Source: Clostridiales bacterium (GTDB lineage: Bacteria > Bacillota > Clostridia > Lachnospirales > Lachnospiraceae). From it: a stretch of 58,220 bases of DNA. The notes under the pieces are model-generated. The model saw only the letters and a program-made list of their open reading frames with translations, was not told the DNA's origin and ran no database searches. Position numbers and translations under genes: made by a program. Each line of letters starts with the position of its first letter. Positions within the stretch are counted from its first letter, which is position 1. The DNA lies in NCBI GenBank assembly GCA_029100885.1, contig JAQXPY010000042.1, positions 1 through 58,220 on the forward strand, in the 5' to 3' direction. Of the stretch, positions 34,233 to 44,154 are shown piece after piece.

Positions 34233-34284
34233 TGATATCATGTCCTGCTGAGCTCCTGCAGATCAAGCTGAATATATGATCATC

Positions 34285-34317
34285 CGGGCTGTCGCGGTTG
34301 CGGCAGCCCGTTTATTT
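34285..34317 (+). terminator. rpsA terminator
   Basis: CGGGCTGTCGC-GGTT-GCGGCAGCCCG hairpin followed by TTTATTT. Confidence 0.65.
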
Positions 34318-34358
34318 ATGTAGATACAATTGAAAGGATAGTTCTGAGGTTTTGTTTT

Positions 34359-34838
34359 ATGGGAATTGAAATTGAGAGAAAATGGCTTGTTTCATTGGAG
34401 GATATCCCCTTTGATAAGAGTACTTATCCTCACAGGCATCTTGAGCAGTACTATATCAGTACAGATCCTGTTTTGCGTATCAGAAGAGAGGATAACGATT
34501 ATTATCTTACCTATAAAGGAAAGGGAAGACTCAGCAGGACCGAATATGAGATTCCCGTAGATGCCTATGCCTTTAAAAAGCTGATGAACAGAGCTGTAGG
34601 CAGAGTTATTGTCAAGGATAGATATGATATACCTCTCACTGATCAAATGCTTACAGTCCAGGTGGATATATTCGGATCATATCATGAAGGTCTGATATAT
34701 GCAGAGGTTGAATTTGATTCTGAAGGAGCCGCATCAGCTTTTGCTGCTCCTCAATGGTTTGGAAAAGAGGTTACAGATATCCCGGGATACTCCAATGCCG
34801 AATTATGTCTCTGCGGCAGTCTGTCTGCCGTCAGATGA
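34359..34838 (+). CDS. CYTH-domain protein (triphosphate tunnel metalloenzyme family)
   Basis: The N-terminal EIERKWLV (ExExK) signature and a size of about 160 aa fit the family. Confidence 0.8.
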   Translation: MGIEIERKWLVSLEDIPFDKSTYPHRHLEQYYISTDPVLRIRREDNDYYLTYKGKGRLSRTEYEIPVDAYAFKKLMNRAVGRVIVKDRYDIPLTDQMLTVQVDIFGSYHEGLIYAEVEFDSEGAASAFAAPQWFGKEVTDIPGYSNAELCLCGSLSAVR

Positions 34839-35033
34839 TGATTGTTTTCTCTTTTATACAAGGCTATAGCATACAATGTTGAAAAAAGTATTTTTAATGC
34901 TATTATAAATGAATACATAATAGTGATCGTCAGATCGAAGCAGAGAAAGCTATAACCTGGTGTGCTTATTACTTTCCCCGTTCCGGGCGGTGCATTTTGC
35001 GGGGTCAATGCAGATCATATTACGGAGTTGAAT

Positions 35034-35906
35034 ATGAGAGATATCACTGATGGGATATTTGACAGATTGAGTTCCGCTTATTATCATTTCACCGCATCCG
35101 AGAAGAAAATAGCGGATTATATTCTGAATCACAGAATAGAAGTTCAGTTTATGTCTATTACCGAGCTTTCGGCTGAGGCCGGTGTCTCCGAAGCTACCAT
35201 TTCCAGATTTTGTAAAAATATGGGGCTGAGAAGCTATAATGACTTCAAGCTGTCAGCGGCCAAGGCGTGCGCCGTGATACACAGCGAAAGTGATGGAGAC
35301 AGTCAGACTGTACCGTTCATTAGACCCTCGGAGGAAATAAACATTCTGTCTAAAAGGCTGATGGATCAGTACTGCGAAGCTGTCAGGCTTGCTGCATCTT
35401 TTCTCAACGAGGAAGACCTTAATGCTGCCGCTGACATTCTCACTAATGCCAGAATGGTACTGTGCATCGGTCAGGGAGGCTCGATGATCGCAGCCGAAGA
35501 AGCCTCACATCTGTTCGGCACCGTTTCCCCTAAGTTTTTTTCGGTCAGAGGCTCCCATGCCCAGGCTCTGAAGCTGTCCCTGCTGGATTCCGGGGATGCT
35601 GTCATTTTCTTTTCCTATTCCGGAGCTGACATTGAGATCGTTGAGCTTTTGAAGATAGCCAGGAATAACGGTACAAAGGTCATTCTTATAACAAGATTTC
35701 TTAAATCGCCTGCTTCAAAGCTGTCGGATGTGGTGCTGCAATGCGGAGCGAATGATGGATCTGTTCAGTACGGCAGTGTTCCGGCGTTTGTTTCCTCCGT
35801 ATTTGTATTAGATATGCTTTTCGGTACCTACTGCAGGAGAAACAGTGCAGAAGCCATGGTGAATAAAGAGAAGACAACGGATGTGATGCTGCATATGAAT
35901 ATATGA
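35034..35906 (+). CDS. MurR/RpiR-family transcriptional regulator (HTH_6 + SIS)
   Basis: FTASEKKIADYILNH...SITELSAEAGVSEATISRFCKNMGLRSYNDFK (HTH) followed by a SIS domain (CIGQGGS...FFSYSGADIEIVELLKIARNNGTKVILIT). The ATG at 35034 is preferred over the ORF-track start. Confidence 0.85.
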   Translation: MRDITDGIFDRLSSAYYHFTASEKKIADYILNHRIEVQFMSITELSAEAGVSEATISRFCKNMGLRSYNDFKLSAAKACAVIHSESDGDSQTVPFIRPSEEINILSKRLMDQYCEAVRLAASFLNEEDLNAAADILTNARMVLCIGQGGSMIAAEEASHLFGTVSPKFFSVRGSHAQALKLSLLDSGDAVIFFSYSGADIEIVELLKIARNNGTKVILITRFLKSPASKLSDVVLQCGANDGSVQYGSVPAFVSSVFVLDMLFGTYCRRNSAEAMVNKEKTTDVMLHMNI

Positions 35907-36035
35907 TGCCAGGAGCATTTTAATTTATGTAATTCAGCGCTGTTTTATCATATTGAAATGTTTAAAAGGGTATGATAGAATATCAACTTGGTTATTTATA
36001 TGTAAACAAAATATTTCTTTAGGAGACATAAAGCA

Positions 36036-37403
36036 ATGAGCGTAAAAGTTGACAATCTTGAAAAGAATATGGCGAAGCTTACTGTTGAGGTTTCTGCCGG
36101 CGAGCTGGATAATGCTATTGAGATAGCCTATAAGAAGAACAAGAACAAGTTCAGTATTCCGGGCTTCAGAAAAGGCAAGGTCCCGATGGCTACCATTGAG
36201 AAGATGTATGGTGCAGGTGTTTTTTACGAGGACGCTGTCAATACACTTCTTGATTATTCATACCCTGATGCGGTCAGAGAGTCCGGTCTTGAGGTAGTGA
36301 GCCGTCCTGAGATCGAGGTCGTTGAGCTTGAGAAGGGAAAGCCTTTTGTTTATACCGCTTTAGTTGCTGTAAAGCCTCCTGTTGAACTTGGTCAGTACAA
36401 GGGTGTTTCGGTTCCGAAGGCAGATGTTTCGGTAACAGCAAAGGATGTTGATGCCGAGCTCGTACGTGTTCAGGAGCAGAATGCGCGTATGGTATCAATG
36501 GATGATCCAGAGTATGCTGTCAAGAACGGAGATATCGTTACTATTGATTTTGACGGATCTGTTGACGGAGTGCCGTTTGACGGAGGAAAGGGCGAGAGCT
36601 ATCCTCTTACGATCGGATCTCACAGTTTTATAGATACCTTTGAAGAACAGCTTATCGGACACAAGACCGGTGATCATGTGGATGTAAACGTTACATTCCC
36701 TACACCTTATGCTTCTAAGGAGCTCGAAGGCAAGGCAGCGCTCTTTAAGGTAGTTATTCACGAAATAAAGCAGAAGCAGCTGCCTGAGCTGGATGATGAG
36801 TTTGCATCCGAGGTATCTGAGTTTGAGACTCTCAAGGAGTACAAGGCTTCAGTTAAGAATGAGCTTAAGCTCAGAAAAGAGAAGCTTGCCGCTCAGGAAA
36901 ACGAGAACAATGTCATGAAGGCAGTAGTTGCAAATGCCAAGATCGAGATTCCTGAGGCAATGATAAGAACCAATGTTGAGAACATGATCTATGATTACGA
37001 GCGCAGCATGTCTCAGCAGGGACTCAAGCTGGAGCAGTATCTGTCATATATAGGACAGACAGCAGAGGAATTCAAAAAGTCACTTGAGCCTCAGGCAGAG
37101 GAGTCTATCAAGGCACAGCTGGTAGTTGAGGCTATAGTTAAGGCTGAGAATATCACAGCAAGCGATGAAGCCGTTGAAGCTAAGATCAACGAGATGGCCG
37201 AGCAGTACAAGATGGAAGCTGCAAAGATCAGGGAGATCCTCGGAGAGCAGCAGCTCAATGCTCTGAAGGCTGATATCTGCGCTCATGAGGCTGTGGATCT
37301 CTGTGTTGCCGAGGCAGTCCTTACCGATGCCAAGAAGTCCAGAAAGGCTAAGGATGGAGAGGCAGAGGATGCAGAGGTCAAGGTAGAGAAGATAGAAAAG
37401 TAA
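36036..37403 (+). CDS. tig: Trigger factor
   Basis: GFRKGKVP ribosome-binding signature, a central FKBP-type PPIase domain (GDIVTIDFDGSVDGVPFDGG) and the position upstream of clpP-clpX. Confidence 0.92.
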   Translation: MSVKVDNLEKNMAKLTVEVSAGELDNAIEIAYKKNKNKFSIPGFRKGKVPMATIEKMYGAGVFYEDAVNTLLDYSYPDAVRESGLEVVSRPEIEVVELEKGKPFVYTALVAVKPPVELGQYKGVSVPKADVSVTAKDVDAELVRVQEQNARMVSMDDPEYAVKNGDIVTIDFDGSVDGVPFDGGKGESYPLTIGSHSFIDTFEEQLIGHKTGDHVDVNVTFPTPYASKELEGKAALFKVVIHEIKQKQLPELDDEFASEVSEFETLKEYKASVKNELKLRKEKLAAQENENNVMKAVVANAKIEIPEAMIRTNVENMIYDYERSMSQQGLKLEQYLSYIGQTAEEFKKSLEPQAEESIKAQLVVEAIVKAENITASDEAVEAKINEMAEQYKMEAAKIREILGEQQLNALKADICAHEAVDLCVAEAVLTDAKKSRKAKDGEAEDAEVKVEKIEK

Positions 37404-37425
37404 TTATTGAGAAAGAGGTATATTA

Positions 37426-38010
37426 ATGCCATATTCAATTCCATATGTTATAGAGCAGACCTCCAGAGGAGAACGTTCATATGACATATTTTCAAGGCTC
37501 CTCAAGGACAGGATCATTTTCCTCGGAGAAGAGGTCAATGAGACGAGCGCATCTCTTATAGTAGCGCAGCTGCTCTTTCTGGAGTCGGAGGATCCGAATA
37601 AGGATGTGCACCTTTATATCAACAGTCCCGGCGGTGTAATTACCGCCGGTATGGCTATTTATGACACAATGCAGTATATCAAGTGCGATGTATCCACGAT
37701 CTGTATAGGCATGGCTGCCAGCATGGGAGCGTTCCTGCTTGCCGGCGGCGCAAAGGGAAAGAGGTTTGCTCTTCCTAATGCAGAGGTCATGATACATCAG
37801 CCTTCGGGCGGAGCCCAGGGTCAGGCAACTGAGATACAGATAACGGCTGAGTGGATCCTCAGAACCAAAAAGAAGATGAATGAGATCTTAGCGGCCAACA
37901 CCGGAAACACGTATGAGAGACTTGCTGCCGATACTGAGCGTGATAAATGGATGACGGCCGAAGAGGCTCTGGAATACGGCATAATTGACAGCATCATCAA
38001 TAATCACTAA
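37426..38010 (+). CDS. clpP: ATP-dependent Clp protease proteolytic subunit
   Basis: [27 protein letters not shown]...[11 protein letters not shown]...MIHQP carries the catalytic Ser/His signatures. Confidence 0.95.
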   Translation: MPYSIPYVIEQTSRGERSYDIFSRLLKDRIIFLGEEVNETSASLIVAQLLFLESEDPNKDVHLYINSPGGVITAGMAIYDTMQYIKCDVSTICIGMAASMGAFLLAGGAKGKRFALPNAEVMIHQPSGGAQGQATEIQITAEWILRTKKKMNEILAANTGNTYERLAADTERDKWMTAEEALEYGIIDSIINNH

Positions 38011-38025
38011 GGAGACGGCGTATAT

Positions 38026-39345
38026 ATGGCGGGAAAAACACCCGATAAAATTAGATGCAGCTTCTGCGGAAAGTCGCGCGGTCAGGTTCAGCGTCTGATA
38101 GCCGGCTCCAACAATACGTACATATGTGACGAATGCATTGAACTGTGCAACGAGATCCTGCAGGACGAGCTGGGCAGCGGAAGCGGACACAGGCATAGCG
38201 GCAGCGCAGATATCAGACTGCAGAAGCCTAAGGAGATAAAGGAATTTCTCGACGAATATGTTATCGGTCAGGATGAAGCCAAGCGGGTTCTGTCGGTGGC
38301 TGTCTACAACCATTACAAAAGGGTCATGGGAGATATTTCCGATATAGATGTTCAGAAAAGCAATATCCTCATGATCGGACCTACAGGCTCCGGAAAGACA
38401 TATCTTGCCCAGAGTCTTGCAAGGCTCCTGGGAGTACCTTTTGCAATTGCTGATGCAACATCCCTCACAGAAGCGGGATATGTAGGCGAGGATGTTGAGA
38501 ACATTCTGCTTAAGCTTATCCAGGCTGCGGATTATGACATAGAGAGAGCGGAACTCGGTATCATTTATATCGATGAGATAGATAAGATTACGAAAAAATC
38601 CGAAAATGTTTCCATCACCAGAGATGTTTCCGGCGAAGGTGTTCAGCAGGCTCTGCTCAAGATCATCGAAGGCACTGTAGCATCTGTTCCTCCTCAGGGC
38701 GGAAGAAAGCATCCTCACCAGGAAATGATGAATATCGATACTACTAATATTCTGTTTATCTGCGGAGGCGCGTTTGACGGGCTTGAAAAGATAATAAGTC
38801 AGAGAGTATCAGCAGGAGGGATCGGCTTCGGAGCGGAGCTTGCAAACAAGAGTGAAGAGAACTTTGATGATCTTGTAGCCCAGACAGAGCCGGAGGATCT
38901 TGCCAAGTTCGGTCTCATTCCGGAGTTTATTGGTCGAGTGCCTATCACTGTTGCTTTAAAGTCTCTGGACGAGGAAGCCCTTGTCAGAATACTGAAGGAA
39001 CCCAGGAACGCGCTTTCCAAGCAGTATATCAAGCTGTTTGAGATAGACGGTGTTAAGCTGGAGTTTACGGATGAGGCGCTCAGAGCCGTTGCTGCCAAGG
39101 CTGTCAGAAAGAAGACGGGAGCCAGAGGCTTAAGAAGCATTCTTGAGGCTTCGATGCTGGATATAATGTATGAGATCCCGTCGGATCCTTCTATCGAGAG
39201 TGTAATAATAACAGGGGAATGCATCGAGGATGGCTGTGAGCCTGTTATTACGCACAGCAACGTGTCACCAGAGAATTCCGAGGATTTGCCGGCTGAGGAA
39301 AATGAAGGCATAGAGCCGCTTGATCTGGATGCGGTCAGCAGATAA
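38026..39345 (+). CDS. clpX: ATP-dependent Clp protease ATP-binding subunit ClpX
   Basis: An N-terminal zinc-binding domain (CSFCGK...CDECI), Walker A GPTGSGKT, Walker [10 protein letters not shown] and the IGF-type loop region. Confidence 0.95.
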   Translation: MAGKTPDKIRCSFCGKSRGQVQRLIAGSNNTYICDECIELCNEILQDELGSGSGHRHSGSADIRLQKPKEIKEFLDEYVIGQDEAKRVLSVAVYNHYKRVMGDISDIDVQKSNILMIGPTGSGKTYLAQSLARLLGVPFAIADATSLTEAGYVGEDVENILLKLIQAADYDIERAELGIIYIDEIDKITKKSENVSITRDVSGEGVQQALLKIIEGTVASVPPQGGRKHPHQEMMNIDTTNILFICGGAFDGLEKIISQRVSAGGIGFGAELANKSEENFDDLVAQTEPEDLAKFGLIPEFIGRVPITVALKSLDEEALVRILKEPRNALSKQYIKLFEIDGVKLEFTDEALRAVAAKAVRKKTGARGLRSILEASMLDIMYEIPSDPSIESVIITGECIEDGCEPVITHSNVSPENSEDLPAEENEGIEPLDLDAVSR

Positions 39346-39354
39346 GGATCGCCT

Positions 39355-39975
39355 ATGAGTCTTGACGCAGGTAAAGTTATAAAAAAAGCAGAGCTTGAAA
39401 CAGTCTGCGGTATTAAGAGCAGGTTTCCGGAGCATGATATACCGGAATTTGCTTTCGCCGGAAAGTCGAATGTCGGTAAGTCGAGCCTTATCAATTCTCT
39501 TATGCAGAGAAAGGCTTTGGCGAGAACATCCGCCTCACCGGGAAAGACTCAGACCATCAATTTCTACAATGTGAACGATGAGTTTTATTTTGTGGATCTG
39601 CCCGGATACGGTTACACAAAGGCGTCTGAGTCTGTGAGAGCCGATTGGGGAAAGATGGTGGAGAGATATCTTAAGCACAGCAAAATGCTGCTCAGAGTAT
39701 TTCTTCTTGTAGATATAAGGCATAAGCCTACGGCGGATGACAGACTGATGTATGACTGGGTTCGTTCTCAGGGATTTGAGCCTGTAATAATCGCTACAAA
39801 GTCTGATAAGCTTGGAAAGAACGATAAGCCGAAGGCTCTTAAGCTTATCAGGGAGACGCTGAAAATGAAGGAACAGGAACTTCTTATCCCGTATTCCTCT
39901 GAAAACAGAGAGGGAAGAGAAGATATTTATAGTTTATTGGAGGAAATCTGTGATGGCAAAGATCACAATGCATGA
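39355..39975 (+). CDS. engB: Ribosome-biogenesis GTPase YihA/YsxC (EngB)
   Basis: G1 AGKSNVGKSS, G3 DLPGYGY, G4 TKSDK, and the conserved position after clpX. Confidence 0.9.
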   Translation: MSLDAGKVIKKAELETVCGIKSRFPEHDIPEFAFAGKSNVGKSSLINSLMQRKALARTSASPGKTQTINFYNVNDEFYFVDLPGYGYTKASESVRADWGKMVERYLKHSKMLLRVFLLVDIRHKPTADDRLMYDWVRSQGFEPVIIATKSDKLGKNDKPKALKLIRETLKMKEQELLIPYSSENREGREDIYSLLEEICDGKDHNA

Positions 39976-41725
39976 CGGAAGTATTAAGGAATTATCCGAA
40001 GATGATGAGCTTTATCTCTCTACGCTTCGTCATAGCTGTTCACATGTTCTCGCACAGGCTGTAAAGCATTTATATCCAAATGCAAAGCTTGCTATAGGTC
40101 CGTCGATCAGCGATGGCTTCTATTACGATATTGATTTCGAGACACCTATCTCGGATAAGGATCTCAGTGCTATCGAAACCGAGATGAGAAAGATCGTTAA
40201 GGCAAACGAGCGCATCGAGTATTTCTCTCTTTCCAGAGAAGAGGCTGTTGCGTTAATGACGGAAAAGGATGAGCCTTACAAGGTGGAGCTTATTAATGAT
40301 CTTCCGGAGGGAGAACTCATTTCCTTCTTCAGACAGGGAGATTTTACGGATCTGTGTGCCGGTCCGCATCTCCTTAGTACCAAAGAGGTTGGAAAGGCCT
40401 TCAAGCTTCAGTCACTGGCAGGCGCATACTGGAGAGGCTCCGAAAAGAACAAGATGCTCACACGTATCTACGGCACGGCATTCAGGTCAAAGGAGGAGCT
40501 TGAGGCATATCTCACAAGACTGGAAGAGGCTAAAAAGCGTGATCACCGAAAGCTCGGTAAGGAGCTGGGGCTCTTTATGTTCAGTGAATACGGTCCGGGA
40601 TTTCCGTTTTTCCTTCCTAACGGTATGGTTCTCAGAAATACTCTCATGGATTTCTGGAGAAAGATGCATTATGCAAATGACTATGTAGAGATCTCTACAC
40701 CGATCATTCTTAACCGTTCCCTTTGGGAGACATCCGGTCACTGGGATCATTATAAGGAAAACATGTATACGACGGTCATCGATGAGGAGGACTATGCTGT
40801 AAAGCCTATGAACTGTCCGGGTTCGATACTCGTATATCAGAATGAGCCGAGATCCTATAAGGATCTTCCTCTTCGTCTTGCCGAGTGCGGTCTTGCTCAC
40901 CGCCATGAAAAGCGAGGAGAACTGCATGGTCTGATGAGAGTCAGATGCTTTACACAGGATGACGCTCATATTTTCATTACTCCCGACCAGATCCAGGACG
41001 AGGTAACTCGCATTACCAGGCTCATCGATGAGTTTTATAATGTTTTCGGTTTTGAATATCATGTAGAGCTTTCTACCAGACCGGAGGATTCGATGGGCTC
41101 CGATGAGGACTGGGAGAGAGCGGAAGCCGGTCTTAAGAGTGCGCTTGAGTCCATGAATATGCCTTATGTTGTGAATGAGGGAGACGGAGCATTCTACGGA
41201 CCAAAGATCGACTTCCATCTTGTGGACTGCATAGGCAGAACCTGGCAGTGCGGTACGATACAGCTTGATTTCCAGCTGCCTCAGAGATTTGAACTTGAGT
41301 ATATGGGGGCTGACGGAGAAAAACATCAGCCTATCATGATTCACAGAGTATGCTTCGGTTCTGTAGAAAGATTTATTGGTATTCTGACAGAACACTTCGC
41401 CGGCGCATTCCCTGTCTGGCTTGCTCCGGTTCAGGTCAAGGTGCTTCCTGTTTCTGATAAATATCTGGATTATGCAAATGAGGTGGCTGCAAAGATAGGA
41501 GCAGCAAATATCAGGGTAAAGACAGATACACGATCGGAAAAGCTTGGCTGGAAGATCAGAGAGGCTCAGAAGGAAAAGGTTCCGTTCATGGTCATTGTGG
41601 GAGAAAAGGACATGACCGACAGAACGGTTTCCGTAAGATCGAGAGCAAACGGTGACGAAGGTGCATGCTCCTGTGAGGAGTTTATCAGTCGGGTAAGAAA
41701 TGATATAGATAATCTTGCAAGATAA
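39953..41725 (+). CDS. thrS: Threonine--tRNA ligase (short N-terminus with a truncated TGS region)
   Basis: Editing-domain motif LRHSCSHVLAQAV, class-II motifs (FRSEEL-like..., HRHEKRGELHGLMRVRCFTQDDAHIF, GAFYGPKID...QCGTIQLDF) and an anticodon-binding domain. The ATG at 39953 lies 8 nt after GGAGGA and overlaps the engB end. Confidence 0.9.
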   Translation: MAKITMHDGSIKELSEDDELYLSTLRHSCSHVLAQAVKHLYPNAKLAIGPSISDGFYYDIDFETPISDKDLSAIETEMRKIVKANERIEYFSLSREEAVALMTEKDEPYKVELINDLPEGELISFFRQGDFTDLCAGPHLLSTKEVGKAFKLQSLAGAYWRGSEKNKMLTRIYGTAFRSKEELEAYLTRLEEAKKRDHRKLGKELGLFMFSEYGPGFPFFLPNGMVLRNTLMDFWRKMHYANDYVEISTPIILNRSLWETSGHWDHYKENMYTTVIDEEDYAVKPMNCPGSILVYQNEPRSYKDLPLRLAECGLAHRHEKRGELHGLMRVRCFTQDDAHIFITPDQIQDEVTRITRLIDEFYNVFGFEYHVELSTRPEDSMGSDEDWERAEAGLKSALESMNMPYVVNEGDGAFYGPKIDFHLVDCIGRTWQCGTIQLDFQLPQRFELEYMGADGEKHQPIMIHRVCFGSVERFIGILTEHFAGAFPVWLAPVQVKVLPVSDKYLDYANEVAAKIGAANIRVKTDTRSEKLGWKIREAQKEKVPFMVIVGEKDMTDRTVSVRSRANGDEGACSCEEFISRVRNDIDNLAR

Positions 41726-41741
41726 ATTTTAAAATAACCCG

Positions 41742-41770
41742 TTGACAAATTGCTAAACAGTAGTTATACT
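41742..41770 (+). promoter_or_regulatory. Promoter of rpmF (TTGACA-17 nt-TATACT)
   Basis: TTGACA at 41742-41747 and TATACT at 41765-41770. Confidence 0.55.
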
Positions 41771-41806
41771 TCAAATGTTGTTTTTTGAGAAAAAGGAGGT
41801 GTAGAC

Positions 41807-41989
41807 ATGTCAATCTGCCCAAAGAATAGATCGTCAAGAGCGAGAAGAGATTCAAGAAGAGCTAACTGGAAGATGAGCACAACAAATCTTGTAAAGTGCA
41901 GTAAGTGCGGAGCACTTGTTATGCCTCACAGAGTTTGCAAGACCTGCGGTTCATACAACAAGCGTGAGATCGTTAAGGTTGAAGCTTAA
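41807..41989 (+). CDS. rpmF: 50S ribosomal protein L32
   Basis: MSICPKNRSSRARRDSRRANWK...CSKCGALVMPHRVCKTCGSY is the typical zinc-ribbon L32. Confidence 0.92.
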   Translation: MSICPKNRSSRARRDSRRANWKMSTTNLVKCSKCGALVMPHRVCKTCGSYNKREIVKVEA

Positions 41990-42011
41990 TTTGATTCGTA
42001 CAAGATAACAG

Positions 42012-42046
42012 GGCTTTCGGCTTTTTGCCGAAAGCCTATTATTTTA
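42012..42046 (+). terminator. rpmF terminator or attenuator
   Basis: GGCTTTCGG-CTTTTTG-CCGAAAGCC hairpin followed by TATTATTTTA. Confidence 0.6.
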
Positions 42047-42110
42047 CAAAAAGGGTAACTGCTCAGCAGAAAACAGATTTATTACTTAACGGTTTGCGAG
42101 GAAAACTAAT

Positions 42111-43124
42111 ATGATAAATATTGCATTAGACGTTATGGGCGGTGACAATTGTCCGCAATGCAATCTGAAGGGCGCACTTGAGGCACTGAAATCGGACGAT
42201 GAAATAATACTTCATCTTTACGGACCGGAGGATATTATCAGCAGTGAGATCGCTTCCTGGGATAAGGATGTAAGAAGCAGAGTCACGGTCGTCAATGCAC
42301 AGGAGGTCATAACTACTGAGGAATCACCGGCTGCTGCTGTAAGAAAGAAGAAGAATTCAAGTATTGTAATGGGTGCCCGTGCCGTAAGGGAGGGTCGCTG
42401 CGATGCCCTGGTTTCCGCAGGCTCATCGGGAGCTGTGCTTGCTGCGGGTCAGCTTATAGTCGGCAGACTGCCGGGAGTTCACAGACCGCCGCTTGCCTCC
42501 ATGATCCCTACAAAGAAGGGCTTCAAGCTGTTTCTTGATTTAGGCGCAAATGTCGATGCCAGACCGGAATGGCTCGTTCAGTTTGCTCTGATGGGCAAGC
42601 TGTATATGCAGAGGGTTCAGAATATTCCGGATCCTGAGATAAGACTTATGAATCTTGGTGTAGAAGAGGAAAAGGGCAATGCTCTGACAAAGGCTGCAAA
42701 TGAGCTGCTTCGTGCCCGCAGTGATATGAATTATGCCGGATATATAGAGACCAGAGACGTTATTTTCGGAGGCGCTGATGTTATTGTTGCGGATGCCTTT
42801 ACGGGCAATGCCGTGCTGAAGACCATGGAGTCCACGGTCGAGTTTGTTTTGGGCATTCTTAAGGAGGTATTAAAGAGCTCTCTGTCGACAAAGCTTGCGG
42901 CACTGGCTATCATGGGACCGCTGAAAAATAAGATGAAGGAGTTCAGCTCTGCCGAACAGGGCGGCGCCATGCTGCTGGGACTTAACGGGCTGGTCATGAA
43001 ATGCCATGGAAATGCTGAGGAGCTGGATATAAAAAATGCAGTTCTTAAAAGCGCACGTTTCATCCGTGAGGGTACGGGCGATATCATAAGGGAAGCTTTT
43101 GCAGCAGAAAATACAGTGAGATGA
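42111..43124 (+). CDS. plsX: Phosphate acyltransferase PlsX
   Basis: IALDVMGGDNCP...VSAGSSGA...LDLGANVD...KCHGN are PlsX signatures. Confidence 0.92.
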   Translation: MINIALDVMGGDNCPQCNLKGALEALKSDDEIILHLYGPEDIISSEIASWDKDVRSRVTVVNAQEVITTEESPAAAVRKKKNSSIVMGARAVREGRCDALVSAGSSGAVLAAGQLIVGRLPGVHRPPLASMIPTKKGFKLFLDLGANVDARPEWLVQFALMGKLYMQRVQNIPDPEIRLMNLGVEEEKGNALTKAANELLRARSDMNYAGYIETRDVIFGGADVIVADAFTGNAVLKTMESTVEFVLGILKEVLKSSLSTKLAALAIMGPLKNKMKEFSSAEQGGAMLLGLNGLVMKCHGNAEELDIKNAVLKSARFIREGTGDIIREAFAAENTVR

Positions 43125-43213
43125 AATAATTACCGTATTGAAAATTGCTCTTATGTATAGTATATATTTTTATAACCGCTGTAGCGGAATACACTATTAT
43201 AGAGGAAGACATT

Positions 43214-43441
43214 ATGGAATTTGAAAAATTGGCTTCAATTATTGCAGAACAGCTCTCGGTAGACCCGGAGGAGATCACGCCGGATACTTCTTTTGCTGAT
43301 GATTTAGGTGCTGATTCGTTAGACCTTGTAGAAGTGGTAGTGGCTCTTGAGGACGAGCTTGATGTTACTATTGAGGACGAGGAGCTTCAGACTATCAAAA
43401 CTGTAGGTGATGCTTACGATCTGATCAGATCAAAGATGTGA
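43214..43441 (+). CDS. acpP: Acyl carrier protein
   Basis: The ATG at 43214 gives [16 protein letters not shown]...[19 protein letters not shown] (phosphopantetheine Ser in DSLD). The longer ORF-track start is unlikely. Confidence 0.9.
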   Translation: MEFEKLASIIAEQLSVDPEEITPDTSFADDLGADSLDLVEVVVALEDELDVTIEDEELQTIKTVGDAYDLIRSKM

Positions 43442-43458
43442 TATTTCAATTTTCATTT

Positions 43459-44154
43459 ATGATCAAAGATTTACAAAAATTCCAAAAAACGATTGGATAC
43501 AGCTTTAAGGATCAGTCGATTCTTAAACAGGCGCTTGTGCATCCCTCGTACAGCGGGGAGATGCACATGTGCAGATATGAGAGCAATCAGAGACTTGAGT
43601 TTCTCGGAGATGCAGTACTGGAGCTTGCTATATCCGAATATTTATATCATGAACATCCGAGAGTAGAAGAGGGGGAGCTTACAAGAAAGCGTTCCTCTCT
43701 TGTTTTTGAGACGGCATTGGATGTCTGTGCCAGGTCCATAGCTCTCGGCGACTATCTTTATCTGGGAAAGGGAGAGGATGCAGGCTCGGGCAGAAACAAG
43801 CCGTCTATCCTTTCGGATGCTTTCGAGGCAGTTATCGGCGCTATCTATCTTGACGGAGGCTTTGATGAAGCAAGAAGATTCATAAAGACCTTTGTCATCA
43901 ATAATGTCGATGAGATGAGTCTGCTGAGAGATGGAAAGAGTCTGATACAGAAATATGTTCAGAGTATGCACGAATCGGATCTCAGGTATGAAGTCGATGA
44001 GATAGCGGCTCCGGGTCATGCCGAGAGATTCAGGGCCCGTCTGTTTATCAATGATAAGCTCTATTCCGAGGGCACCGGTCAATCAAAGAAATCCGCCGAA
44101 CAGAATGCGGCTGTTGCGGCATGCAGAATACTGAATATCAGCAATGTATCTTAA
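43459..44154 (+). CDS. rnc: Ribonuclease III
   Basis: Catalytic signature NQRLEFLGDAVLEL plus SDAFEAVIGAIYLDGG and a C-terminal dsRBD (GQSKKSAEQNAA). A start at ATG 43459 or GTG 43438 is possible. Confidence 0.9.
   Translation: MIKDLQKFQKTIGYSFKDQSILKQALVHPSYSGEMHMCRYESNQRLEFLGDAVLELAISEYLYHEHPRVEEGELTRKRSSLVFETALDVCARSIALGDYLYLGKGEDAGSGRNKPSILSDAFEAVIGAIYLDGGFDEARRFIKTFVINNVDEMSLLRDGKSLIQKYVQSMHESDLRYEVDEIAAPGHAERFRARLFINDKLYSEGTGQSKKSAEQNAAVAACRILNISNVS

Noticed and set aside
37888-41395. Long antisense ORFs (37888-38718, 38799-39494, 40487-41395) opposite clpX, engB and thrS
   Set aside because: They lie antisense to strongly conserved genes. Their products are low-complexity with no motifs, which is typical of shadow ORFs.
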